A stretch of 64,000 nt of DNA from an uncultured Chloroflexia bacterium. Lineage in GTDB: Bacteria; Chloroflexota; Dehalococcoidia; Dehalococcoidales; UBA2162. This document shows positions 1-10,022 of the stretch, one piece after another. Where the stretch lies: NCBI GenBank assembly GCA_963735055.1, contig CAVTJN010000007.1:14761-78760 (forward strand). The letters run 5' to 3'. Both the position numbers and the translations under genes were made by a program. The notes under the pieces were generated by a model. The model searched no databases. It was not told the origin of the DNA and saw only the letters and a list, made by a program, of their open reading frames with translations. Each line of letters starts with the position of its first letter. The first letter of the stretch is position 1.

Positions 1-257
1 CGGCTGTGGGTCGCTTCCGCGTGCCTGGGACGGGCACGTCTCCGGCGCGGCGGGTGATGGCTCGCTATTCGGTTGGGTACTATTTGGCATGGATCAGGGA
101 GGCGCGGGCGGCTGAGCGGTCTCATCCGCTTCGACTTCCTCGAATTCGTCTGCGGTCTGCCCAGGCCGGCGCATACAGCGGCGGGACCACCGGCCGGATA
201 CCGCTGGTCTCGCCGCGCGCGCGCTGCAGCAGGCGAGTAGAAATAACCGGCGCTCAT
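1..257 (-). pseudogene. 5' part of a further contractile-tail cluster gene (function unknown; runs off the window; frameshifted as sequenced)
   Basis: ATG at 257 overlaps the TGA of the preceding gene (ATGA coupling). My minus-strand reading gives MSAGYFYSP, then in shifted frames LLQRARGETSGIRPVVPPLYAPAW and ADEFEEVEADETAQPPAPP. Co-oriented with tube and sheath. Confidence 0.3.
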
Positions 258-973
258 CCGACCAACTCCAGGTAAGTCCTGCGTCGCTGGCGCGCTCATC
301 GCCAGGATGTCGGCTTCACCCCAGCCGTACGCGCTCGCCAGGCTGTGCACATCGCGATCAGCACGCGGCGCGCGCGCGCCGTCACCTGCGTCCACAGGAA
401 ACTGGCGATGTCCAGCCGTTCCTCCCAGTGCTGCTGGCAGGCCGCGCAGACCAGTTCCACCAGCCATTCCGCCTGCGGATCGTTTTCGTCGATCGCTTGC
501 TCCAATTTCAGGATCACTCTTCGGGCAAGTCCTCCGGTTGCATCTCCTCCGCTCCTCGCCGCGCGCTGAGAATGCATCCGCAGCAGGATCCGCCCGGTAC
601 CGCGCAAGCATCCGGGTTCGCCGCGGCGCAGCCAGGTCCAGGCTGTTCGGCAGGCGGAATTGGAGGGTGTAGTCCCCATGCCTGAAGGTGAACGGATCAC
701 CGGGGGAGTCAACTTGGCGCGCGTCCAGCGCTCCGGCCTCCAGGCTGAATTCCAACTGCTCGCCGCACGCCGGGCAGGCCGCCAGGCACGCCAGGCGCGG
801 CCCAAAGGCGTCCTGGTAGACCTGCAGCAAGCGTCCATCCAGTTCGCCCACCGGCAGGGCGCCAGGCTGGCTCGCGTCTCGCCTGGTTCGGCCGCCATCA
901 GCAGGCTCAGGGCGCGGTCGACCGGATGCTGGACCAGGCCGCTCTCCCACAGCTCCAGCAGCTGCGCATCCAC
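254..973 (-). pseudogene. conserved tail-cluster protein with two CxxC pairs (zinc-ribbon-like), frameshifted as sequenced
   Basis: ORF 296..973 opens MDAQLLELWESGLVQHPVDRALSLL. Shifted frames read LPVGELDGRLLQVYQDAFGPRLACLAACPACGEQLEFSLE, then EWLVELVCAACQQHWEERLDIASFLW, then DVHSLASAYGWGEADILAMSAP..RRRTYLELVG ending at TGA 254-256. Lies directly after the tube gene. Confidence 0.45.
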
Positions 974-995
974 GCTAGGAGGGCATGCTCAATCC

Positions 996-1520
996 TTAGG
1001 GTTCGGTGAAACTCGGTTCGGTCGGTTCCTGCGACTTCGTAATCGCGTTCCCAACCTTCGTTTTCGAGCTTGATCTGCTGGATCGCGACCGCGTTGGCAT
1101 TGGCGTCCAGGTCCGGCAGCGCCTGGTATTCCGAAACCCAGCAGCGGTAGATCTTGTATGCCAGCACCAGCTGGCCCGGCCTCGTTGTACATCTCGAGGA
1201 TCACGTCTTTGCGGAAATCCTTGAGCGAGACTTCCGCGCCGAGCCCGGAGCCAAAGTTCCACACCTTGTTGGCCCACTGCTCGAACTCCACATCGTGGGT
1301 CACGCCGCGTTCCAGCGTGATCGCCTCGTATTTGCTGCGTCCCGGGCATTTTGCGCGAGCTGCTGGGGTCGCCGCCTTCGCGGTGTTCGATCACCTCGGT
1401 GCAGCGCTTGAGCGCACTCACCTTGCTGACGCCGGCCACGTAGCGGCCGTCCCATTTCACGCGGAATTTGAAGTTCTTATAAGGGTCGAAGCGGTGAGTA
1501 TTGACTGCAAATTGTGCCAT
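996..1520 (-). pseudogene. contractile-tail tube protein (T4 gp19-like / eCIS tube family), frameshifted as sequenced
   Basis: MAQFAVNTHRFDPYKNFKFRVKWDGRYVAGVSKVSALKR..EVIEHREGGDP (996..1520), THDVEFEQWANKVWNFG (989..1303) and LAYKIYRCWVSEYQALPDLDANANAVAIQQIKLENEGWERD (907..1167) lie in three frames. GGAGGG RBS right after the sheath stop. Confidence 0.85.
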
Positions 1521-1529
1521 TCCGCCCTC

Positions 1530-3824
1530 CTATGCCTGTAGTTGTCCAGCCATCTGCTGGATCTGGATGATGACGAATTCAGCCGGTTTGAGCGGGGCAA
1601 AGCCGACCAGAATATTGACCACGCCGCGGTTGACATCGTCCTGGGTGGTGGTTTCGTGGTCGCAGCGCACGAAATACGCCTCGGCCGGGGTTTGCCCGGC
1701 GAATGCCCCCGGCGGAAAAGCCCGTGCAGGAAGGAGCCCACGTTCAGCCGGATCTGCGCCCACAGCGGCTCGTCGTTGGGTTCAAACACCACCCACTGCA
1801 CCCCGCGGAACAGGCTCTCTTCGATAAACAGCGCCGTGCGCCGGACGGCACATACTTGTATTCGTCCGCCATCTGGTCCGCGCCGCGCAGGGTGCGCGCT
1901 CCCCACGCCACTGCCCCAAACACGGGTAGTGTGCGCAGGCAGTTGACCCCTTCGGGGTTGAGCGTGCCGTTTTCCAGGTCGGTCAGCGTGTAGGCCGTGG
2001 CCTGCACTCCGGCCAGGGTGGCTTCGGTCCCAGCTGGGGCTTTCCACACCCCGCGCTGCGTGTCGGTGCGCGCGTAGAGGCCCGCCACCGTGCCGCTGGG
2101 CGCGCTCAGACGCAGTTTTCCGCCCTTGAGCGGGTCGGCGATCTTGACCCACGGGAAATACACCGCCGCGTCCTTGCTCTTGGGGAAATCGGTGCCCTGG
2201 ATTTTGGTCAGCATCTCGGCCGGGGTGTCCGTGTCCGCTGGCGGGTCGACGATTAAAAAGGCGCGCCGCGTGGCCACGTAACTGGCCGCGTCCGCCAGGA
2301 TCCCGGGGTCGGAGATGCCCGGCAGGCACAGCAGGTTGAAAGACTGCAGGCCGTCCAGCGCGAACAGACCTTCGCGCCTGGCCTGGCTGCCAATATACAG
2401 CGGGTAGGCCTCATCCTCGGTGAAGGCGCTTTCGCTGCCGTTCTGTAGGGTCACATTCACCCCCAGCGCGGAGGTGCTCCCCGCCAGCAGGTGAAACTCA
2501 TTGGCAATGCTGTTAGCCAGCCGCGGGCAGTACCGCCACCGCTGATCCATCACCCCGTGTGCCGGAGGCCAGCACCAATTTGTTGCCGCTCGCCGTGCAG
2601 CTGAACTGGGTGAAGGCCGGCACTGCTTTCAGCGCGCGCACCGCCGCCTGGATCGCCGCCGCGGCATTTGCCGATCTTCACCGCCGCGGTCCCGCCGCTG
2701 AATGCTGCCACGCCCACGAAGACTTCCTCCGGCCGCCCGCCGTCCAGCGCGACTCAGGAAACTGGTGTGCGTGGCGTCCGGGAAGGAGTTCATGTCCCCG
2801 GCTGAAAGCGCACCGCTGGTCAGCGTGCCCGGTGCGGGTGTCTCCTTCGGACGGATGGCTCCCACCGCATCGGTCTCCTCAAATCCCAGTTTGAGCCGCG
2901 CGGAGCAGTCGCTAACCGGCCCGGGCAGCACCCGCACCGTGGAAAACTCGCCCGCCTGCCCGGAGGTCATCAGCAGCGCGTTGCCGCTCTTCACGCAGGT
3001 AAAGCCCGAAAGCGCCGGCTTGCCCGCCGCCGCGGCCTGCACCTTGGCCTGGATCGCGGCGCACAGGTTGCTCAGCGCGTCGCCTCCGCCGGATAGGTCA
3101 GCCGGCAGCGCGATGACAACTTTGACCGGCGGCAGCCCGTTGACCGTCACCTGGAAGGTATTGTGTGTGCCGTCCAGGAGGGTCGTCACATCCAGCGGAT
3201 TGCCTCCGCCGTCCACCAGTTCGGCGCTTTTCGAAGTGCCGCTGCCCAATCCGCCGAGCGCAGCCACACGCCTGGCAGATATCAGTTCGGATGACTTTCA
3301 ACCAGGTCTTCTACATAGCGCGCATCCGCGCTGTTCATCGACAGGTTCTGGAAAACCTCGCTGCGCCGGTCGCTGGGCGTATCCGGGTTGGCGTAATTCA
3401 GGCTGAGGTTGAATGTGCTGGTGGGGCGTGCGCTCTGGTAATCTACGCGTACCTCGATGAAGTTACCGCTGGCGCCCTTGTCGACGGCGGTGAGTTCGAG
3501 CACGTCGGCTCCATCCCCGTTCTGCAGGGTGAGGTTCGCCGGGCTGGCATTTTTGGCCACGCGCACCACCCAGGCGTCCGACCCGCCGTTGGCGAAAAAC
3601 TGGCGCACGGCGTAGCTCATCTCTGAGCCGGCGTCCAGGCCGCCAAACCGGCGCTCAAAATCCGAAAAACTGAGGATGTGGGTGGCTTTATCCACCGGGC
3701 CGCGCTTGGCGGCGCCAATGAATGCGGTCACCGAGGTGGAGGCGGCAGTGATCGTCCGCACCCCGCTGGGGACCTCCTCGATGTATACACCCGGAAAAGT
3801 AGGATTCACAGGCATGAGAGCCAT
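1530..3824 (-). pseudogene. contractile-tail sheath protein (about 765 aa with a central insertion), frameshifted as sequenced
   Basis: N-terminus MALMPVNPTFPGVYIEEVPSG (3282..3905), core GLYARTDTQRGVWKAPAG (1744..2553) and C-terminus AYFVRCDHETTTQDDVNRGVVNILVGFAPLKPAEFVIIQI (1530..1763) are on different frames. The middle segment is ORF 2629..3267. Confidence 0.85.
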
Positions 3825-4052
3825 CTCCTTTCTATGTGCAGCGAGTAAAATCTTGCCGGCGGGGAAAAAAAAGAAAGCGCTGTCCCACCGCTGAATGGCA
3901 GGCAACGGCTTATCTTCTTCTCCGGCGCTAAATAATTGATATTATTTATCTATTTTAATGATGTATTCTTAAAAAAGCAAGCAGTCTTGGTAAAATCTTA
4001 TGTTATTCACAGGTTCGCCTGGTAAAGCAGTGGGTCCGCAATCCCTCTTTTA

Positions 4053-4128
4053 TTATTAATGCGAGTAAGTGCCGCTTTTGCGGCACTTACTCGCATTAAT
4101 AAATGATTTCCCCGCCAGTGGAGCGGGG
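4053..4128. terminator. tandem hairpins between alaX and the tail cluster (one 21-23 bp perfect stem, one 6-bp GC stem)
   Basis: attaatgcgagtaagtgccgc-tttt-gcggcacttactcgcattaat (4055-4100) and ccccgc-cagtgga-gcgggg (4110-4128), just downstream of the alaX stop. The flanking U-tracts are weak. Confidence 0.45.
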
Positions 4129-4147
4129 GTAAATGGGTAGGGATTCC

Positions 4148-4867
4148 TTATTCCATCTCGATATAAATGCGTTTGTTGATCTTCCCCTTGCTCTTATAAT
4201 CCACCACGCGGATGCGCCCTACCTCGGAAGTATTTGCCACGTGCGTGCCGCCGTCCGCCTGTAGATCCAGCCCCACCAATTCCACCGTGCGGATCTGGCT
4301 GATCTCGGGCGGGAGCAGGTTGATCTTGGTGCGGATTAAATCCGGGATCTGGAATGCTTCTTCTCGCGGAAGGATCGCCACGCGCACAGGGCGGGCTGCC
4401 AGCACCTCGCGGTTGACAGCCTCCTCGATCACCCCCACCAGGTCTTTGCTCAGTGACTCGAATTCAAAATCCATGCGCCCGTGCAGCTCGTCCATGTCTC
4501 CGCCCGTCACCTGCGCCCCGTAATCCCGGAAGACCACTCCGCACAGGATATGCAGGGCGGTGTGCGTGCGCATCAGCGCGTAGCGGTGCTCCCAATCCAA
4601 CTCCCCTCGCACACGCGTCCCAACCGCCGGCAGCGCTTGCTCGCCCGCCAGCAGGTGCCAGATACCCTCGGGGCCTTTGCGCGCGCGAAGTAACGTCAGG
4701 GCGGCATCCCCCACAAACACCGTGCCCGTATCCGCGGGTTGGCCGCCCCCGCCCGGGTAAAACGCGGTACGGTCCAGCATCACCGCGCGGTTGGCTTCGT
4801 CCACCGCCATCACCTGGGCGTCGAAGGTGCGCAGGTAAGCATCCGTCTGGTACAGCATCTCAGTCAT
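4148..4867 (-). CDS. alaX: alanyl-tRNA editing protein AlaX-M type (Thr/Ala-tRNA synthetase second additional domain)
   Basis: Intact 239-aa ORF with MLYQTDAYLRTFDAQV, FYPGGGGQPAD, HTALHIL and GGTHV motifs, typical of free-standing AlaX. Confidence 0.85.
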   Translation of the reverse strand: MTEMLYQTDAYLRTFDAQVMAVDEANRAVMLDRTAFYPGGGGQPADTGTVFVGDAALTLLRARKGPEGIWHLLAGEQALPAVGTRVRGELDWEHRYALMRTHTALHILCGVVFRDYGAQVTGGDMDELHGRMDFEFESLSKDLVGVIEEAVNREVLAARPVRVAILPREEAFQIPDLIRTKINLLPPEISQIRTVELVGLDLQADGGTHVANTSEVGRIRVVDYKSKGKINKRIYIEME

Positions 4868-4977
4868 TGCGACTTCCTTTCTTCTCCCATTAAACCACCG
4901 GAACGGCTGCGCTCAAAGGGTTCTGAACTTTTCATTCCCATTTTATTGGTTCTTGTCCCAGCATAGGTGGAAAATGA

Positions 4978-5006
4978 TTGACGCTCCTCGGCGGGCATGA
5001 TACAAT
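4978..5006 (+). promoter_or_regulatory. sigma70-like promoter for tRNA-Lys
   Basis: TTGACG (4978-4983), a 17-nt spacer, then TACAAT (5001-5006), ending about 14 nt before the tRNA 5' end. Confidence 0.45.
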
Positions 5007-5020
5007 CGGCATCGTTGTGA

Positions 5021-5092
5021 GGGCGTGTAGCTCAATGGTAGAGCAGTGGCCTTTTAAGCCATTGGTTCAGGGTTCGAGCCCCTGCACGCTCA
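5021..5092 (+). tRNA. tRNA-Lys (anticodon UUU), no encoded CCA
   Basis: Folded by hand. Acceptor GGGCGTG/CACGCTC (G2:U71), D stem GCTC/GAGC, anticodon stem GTGGC/GCCAT with loop CTTTTAA, 5-nt variable loop, T arm CAGGG-TTCGAGC-CCCTG, discriminator A. Confidence 0.92.
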
Positions 5093-5170
5093 CTAAAGAA
5101 GCTTCTTCTTATATTAAGTGTCTCTGTAGACAGGGTTGTTTATAGGGATGCTTTTATTTTTAACATTAAT

Positions 5171-5228
5171 CCATTGGTTATAAAAGGCTTAGGCCACTGC
5201 TCTACCATTGAGCTACATGCCCTCACAA
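5171..5228 (-). repeat. inverted partial copy of the tRNA-Lys 5' half plus 6 nt of leader
   Basis: 5192-5228 is the reverse complement of 5015-5051 (37 nt, 1 mismatch). It is preceded by ccattggtt (5171-5179), which matches tRNA positions 5059-5067 in direct orientation. Confidence 0.85.
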
Positions 5229-5448
5229 TGAAAATAAAAAGGCTAAAGAGAAGCACATTCTAGAGCTAGTCCAGCAGATAGCTTAGAGGCTGTCTTAGAA
5301 TTCGAAATATTTGCCAGAACCTGGAGACAGTCGCTTCTATTAGTTGCTATAAACCTTGAAGTTGAACTGCAAATGAATCCAACTTCACTGATAAAAAGAG
5401 TAGAATCAAGTTAGCCAGCAAGCCATGCCATACAACCAGGAGGTAACT

Positions 5449-5733
5449 ATGAAGAAATTTCATATGTTCGAAATTTATGCCAGTGAGGAAGGCGTTTATT
5501 TTGCCTCAACGGATCAAAAAGCTCAAGAAATGGCGACAAAAATGTTTCTTGAATATCAACACAATGATTCCCCCCTGGTTGTAAAATTTCCCCCTTGGTC
5601 GAAGAGTTCGAAGGTGATATTTTTTCTACAAAAACTAAAACTTGAGCTAGTTATGAATGGCTGGGAGCCGTTTGCCGTCACTCAGAAAGGAACCGAAATA
5701 AACTACTTTTTCCGCAGAGAAGAGACTGACTAG
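5449..5733 (+). CDS. small hypothetical protein (DUF4177-like C-terminal pattern)
   Basis: AGGAGG RBS 6 nt upstream of ATG 5449. MKKFHMFEIY...LVMNGWEPFAVTQKGTEINYFFRRE resembles the GWEL..yFKR signature. AT-rich codon usage. Confidence 0.4.
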   Translation: MKKFHMFEIYASEEGVYFASTDQKAQEMATKMFLEYQHNDSPLVVKFPPWSKSSKVIFFLQKLKLELVMNGWEPFAVTQKGTEINYFFRREETD

Positions 5734-5940
5734 CGCGTCATTTTTATTCTGGCTCCTGGCAAACAAATAAAAAATTTACGAAAGCAATAAAGAATTATGT
5801 GGGCTAATGACCCATGCATTTCTCTTATTCTGTCATCAATTTCGAATATTCAGACAGTCTCTTAGAGTAGACAAAGAAAAGAGAGTAGAAAATAACTACT
5901 CTCTTTTCTTTGGTATAAAATAATAGTAGTGGAGGGGAAA

Positions 5941-6321
5941 ATGAATCCAGCAGATTTTACTTTAAAAAACTTGGCTTTAGACACTTGGTATAAATTATTA
6001 CTTGCTTTAGGGATAGGCATATTTTTCGTTTCTTTACTGTTTGACCTAAAAGGAATCTCTACACAACAAGCACAAATACTTTCAGGTGGACTTTTTCTGT
6101 TTGGAATGGGTGAATGGATTAACCACAAGAAAGGTTTTTACATAGCACATATGGCGGTCTGGTCATTTCGAGTTACTGATACTTTTTGGAGACCTAATAT
6201 ACTTGGCTTATTATTAGACCTAATAGGGTTGGTTCTTTTGTACAGTATTTTTAATTCCTTGTTTGGTTATCCTTTATATCAACCCATTCTAAAACTAACG
6301 CTAAATAATCCAAATCCCTAG
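5941..6321 (+). CDS. small integral membrane protein, unknown function
   Basis: GGAGGGG RBS before ATG 5941. Three or four hydrophobic segments (LLLALGIGIFFVSLLF, GGLFLFGMGEWI, LLLDLIGLVLLYSIF). Confidence 0.4.
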   Translation: MNPADFTLKNLALDTWYKLLLALGIGIFFVSLLFDLKGISTQQAQILSGGLFLFGMGEWINHKKGFYIAHMAVWSFRVTDTFWRPNILGLLLDLIGLVLLYSIFNSLFGYPLYQPILKLTLNNPNP

Positions 6322-6902
6322 AATATAAAATCCTCCTAGAAATTAGGGGGATTACTTTTAAACAGAGCTCGGAGGAAGTCATATTAATTCTTGAGTAAAC
6401 AAATGAATACCATTGAACTGGTTATTAAATAATTTGATGCCTAATTCTAGACAGTTTACCTCATCCGATATTATGGTTTATAAAGAAATGTACTGTTTCT
6501 CCCCACCACACGCCCATGCTATCGGTGATTTAGGTAGTTTATTTTTATCGAGGTAGGGGGGGATTATAGATAAAATTATGGCTTGGCATTTTAATCGACA
6601 ATAGATAGTGGCTTTGTACGCCCCTAGGATGGTCCCGTCAATGACGGAGAAAGCGAGGTTGCCTTTTCTTAAATCGTATCTCCGGGCGCTCATATCGTTG
6701 CGCAAACATTCTCGCGCCTTATCCGGCGACGATTTCACCCCCATTGGAAAATGCCCCCGCCGGTGTACTGGCTTATTTACGGCAAACTCACGGTCCGCCT
6801 ATCTGCTTGAGACAAAGCTTCCTTCAGAACCCTACTCCGATTTCCGTTGATCCGGCGTAAAATAGATGAGATATGTTTGATCCTTCGATGGAGGATAATA
6901 GG

Positions 6903-8090
6903 ATGCGTATCGCAGAATGTACGGATTCCTTTTTGCCGGTGGTGGACGGAGTAGGGCGCGTTGTGTATCAATACGCTTGCTCGCTCTCACTTTCCGGTAA
7001 TGAATGTTATGTAATAACGTCGGTTCAGAATACGGGATATCGCGGAAAGCAACCGTTTGAGATTGTGGATTTTTCAAGCGTGAAGGTGCCTTCGGCTCCG
7101 CAGTACCAGACGGGTATCGCACCCCTCGACTTACATTATGTTGAGCGGATCTCCATGATCGAGCTGGATCTTATCCACGCGCACGCACCAGGTTTTGCCG
7201 GCGCCGAGGCAATACGGCTGGCCGGAAAGCTGAACATTCCACTTGTCGGTACTTTCCACTCAAAATATTATGAGGACTTTCTTCGCGTGACGCACAGCGA
7301 TGTGCTGGCATCTTTGGGTTCACGCTTCGTAGCAGAGTTCTATGGACGCTGCGATGAGGTTTGGACGGTCAGCCAGGATGCGGCGGAGACGCTTCTCTCT
7401 TATGGCTATAAAGGAGATGTCGAGATTGTTCAAAACGGTACGGAAATGCGTACTCCCACTCCTGAATTTGAAAAGGCCGCACGGGAAAGGTTCAATCTTG
7501 GAAGCGAACCGATCCTGCTCTACGTTGGACAGATCGATACTAAAAAGAACCTTCGCAGGATCGTCGAGTCTGCCGCGCTATAGAAGAAGCGAGGGCATTC
7601 TTTTCAACTAGTCTTCGCGGGGCAGGGACAGGATAAAGAGGACCTTGAAAAGATGGCGGTTGAACAAGGTCTCGATAAAGTCATATTCACCGGGCATATT
7701 TCAGATCGCGATCTATTGGACGGTCTCTATATGGCGGCGTCGCTGTTTGTGTTTCCGTCTCTTTACGATACCGCTGGTCTGGTAGTACGCGAAGCAGCCG
7801 TAATGGGCACGCCATCCGTCGTGGTGGCGAATACTGCTCCGGCAGAAGTCATTTCGAATGGTCTGAACGGGTTGGTCTGTAGTGACGATACGGACAGTCT
7901 TTGTGATGTTATGGAGCGTTATCTTTTCGGAATGAGTGAAAATGAGCGTGAAAATATTCGAAAGAATGCTCAAGAAAGTGTTCCGCTGCCGTGGGAGACT
8001 GTGATGACAGAAGTTGAGGAGCGCTACAAAGCTCTCATTCTGAAGGGTAAACCGAAAAGAAAATCATTGCTTTCTCATCTGATCCCATAA
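6903..8090 (+). pseudogene. GT4-family glycosyltransferase, one frameshift near 7580
   Basis: MRIAECTDSFLPVVDGVGRVV and HAHAPGFAG in ORF 6873..7583. C-terminal VIFTGHISDRDLLDGLYMAASLFVFPSLYDTAGLVVREAAVMGTPSVV (E-x7-E region) in ORF 7653..8090. Confidence 0.75.
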
Positions 8091-8272
8091 ATTTTAATTG
8101 GGAAAGGTGATCACAAAAAAATCGGTCGCACATATGTGGACCACACAAAAGGTTTTTCTGACGCGGTTACAATGGCCAGGCCAGGGTCACTCCACCCAAC
8201 CTCCTCCAAAATCGCCGCGATTTTAGGTAGGGCAGGAGGGGTTCGTTATAGCATTTCTAATCAAATAAGGAA

Positions 8273-9793
8273 ATGATGCTCATCAATCTTAACTTCAATC
8301 AAGACGGTCAGGCCTACAGCCCCTATTGGCGGGTTTGCGTCGGCGGCGGACGAGTGGGTGAAGCGCTGCGCGCCGATTTTCAGAAGCATCTGGAAATGGT
8401 GCAGCGCGAAATGCCCTTCCAATACCTGCGCATGCACGGCCTGTTCCACGAGGATATGATGGTCTACCATGAAGAAAACGGCCGGCCCATCCTCAACTGG
8501 CAGTACGTTGACCTGGTGTACGACCACTGGCTTTCGATTGGCATCCGCCCGTTTGTGGAGCTGGGCTTTATGCCCTACGATCTGGCCAGCGGCGATCAGA
8601 CTGTCTTCTGGTGGCGCGGCAATATCACCCCACCCAAAGATTGGGCGCGCTGGGAATGGTTGATTGAGCAGTTCATCCTGCACATCAGAGAGCGCTACGG
8701 GCCGGCCGAAGTACGCCGCTGGTATTTCGAGGTTTGGAATGAGCCGAGTCTGTACTTTTTCTGGAAAGACGCTGACTTTAGCGCCTACATGGAGCTGTAC
8801 GAGCGTACTGCTCGCGTGATCAAGCGCATCGACTCACATCTGCGAGTGGGCGGGCCGGCCAGCCATGGCTTTGGCGATCAAGTGGGCGTGCCGCCATGGG
8901 GCAAGGAGTTCCTGACGGCCTGCGCTGAGCGTAACCTGCCGCTCGATTTCTTCTCTACCCACCCGTACCCCACCCTATACCCGGTTGACCTGGAAGGGCG
9001 CGGTTACATGACCTGGGACGGCCCGGATCGCCTGCTGGTGGATGCGCGCGGCTGTGATAAGCTCTTACGCGCATCAGCTTACCCCAATGTTGAGCGTCAC
9101 TACACCGAGTGGAGCTCCAGCCCCAGCCCACGAGATGCCGTGCACGACACCGCCTTCCTGGCATCCTTCATTGTCGATAACAACTGGCGCGCGCGCGGCT
9201 TGATGGATTCGCTTTCGTTCTGGGTGGTCAGCGATATTTTTGAGGAAAGCCGCCAGGGAGATACCCCCTTCCACGGCGGTTTTGGCCTGGTGAATATCCA
9301 GGGGTTGAAAAAAGCATCCTATCATGGCTATTGGTTCCTCTCGCGACTGGGCGATGAAGTGCTGGCTGAAGGCGATTCGTATGCGGTCACCCGGCGCGGC
9401 GACGGCACCCTGGTGGTCTTGATGTGGAACTACTGCCACTACCGCGATGACGCCAACGACAGCCGCCTGCTGGCCGCTGCTAATCCGCACGAAATTTATG
9501 ACCTGTTTGCCATTCAACCTCCGCGCGAATTTCACCTGAAAGTGGACGGCGTGGGGGAGACCGTTCGATTGCAAATCACCCGCTTCGACCGCCAGCATGG
9601 CAGCGTCTACGATGCCTGGGCGGCCATGGGTGCGCCGCAGCATATCCTCCCCGCCGACCTGGAAGTGCTGCGCCGGCGCATGGAATTGGATGTGGCAGTC
9701 GAACGCATCGCCACGCCGGATGGCAGCCTCGAATGGGCTACCACCGTTCAACCGTTTGGCGTGACTCTCCTGGAGATCCAGCGGGTCGGATGA
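8273..9793 (+). CDS. GH39 glycoside hydrolase (beta-xylosidase-like)
   Basis: Intact 506-aa ORF with FQYLRMHGLFHED, RRWYFEVWNEPSL (acid/base region) and YTEWSSS (nucleophile region). Confidence 0.85.
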   Translation: MMLINLNFNQDGQAYSPYWRVCVGGGRVGEALRADFQKHLEMVQREMPFQYLRMHGLFHEDMMVYHEENGRPILNWQYVDLVYDHWLSIGIRPFVELGFMPYDLASGDQTVFWWRGNITPPKDWARWEWLIEQFILHIRERYGPAEVRRWYFEVWNEPSLYFFWKDADFSAYMELYERTARVIKRIDSHLRVGGPASHGFGDQVGVPPWGKEFLTACAERNLPLDFFSTHPYPTLYPVDLEGRGYMTWDGPDRLLVDARGCDKLLRASAYPNVERHYTEWSSSPSPRDAVHDTAFLASFIVDNNWRARGLMDSLSFWVVSDIFEESRQGDTPFHGGFGLVNIQGLKKASYHGYWFLSRLGDEVLAEGDSYAVTRRGDGTLVVLMWNYCHYRDDANDSRLLAAANPHEIYDLFAIQPPREFHLKVDGVGETVRLQITRFDRQHGSVYDAWAAMGAPQHILPADLEVLRRRMELDVAVERIATPDGSLEWATTVQPFGVTLLEIQRVG

Positions 9794-9970
9794 GAGTAAC
9801 CTGGTGGTGCCGTATTAAGTATGTTCGGCATCGACGAGACCAATTAGGCGCTGTGTTTTGACCTGTTCTGCTAGTAATACTGCGAGTGGCGGAGTTGCCG
9901 TCGCCAACCTGATGGATTGCTTGCAAGCGCTGAGTAATGTGCTTTCTCCATTGTCTGAGACAAGTAAAAA

Positions 9971-10008
9971 GTAGAGGCGATTATTTACGAGTAAATAATC
10001 GCCTCTAC
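9971..10008. terminator. bidirectional terminator hairpin between convergent GH39 and GH29 genes
   Basis: gtagaggcgattattta-cgag-taaataatcgcctctac, a 17-bp perfect stem. Confidence 0.55.
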
Positions 10009-10022
10009 TATACTAGATCCAA

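Noticed and set aside
6478-6744. 88-aa minus-strand ORF in the AT-rich gap
   Set aside because: It has no RBS, no recognisable family and stop-rich surroundings. It may be a gene fragment, but that cannot be supported.
5093-8100. Search for an integrase, excisionase or transposase next to the tRNA (also at 26632-27416 and 33287-33862)
   Set aside because: No ORF or frame-hopping fragment showed recombinase-like motifs (R..HxxR..Y or DDE). I cannot exclude highly decayed remnants without profile searches.
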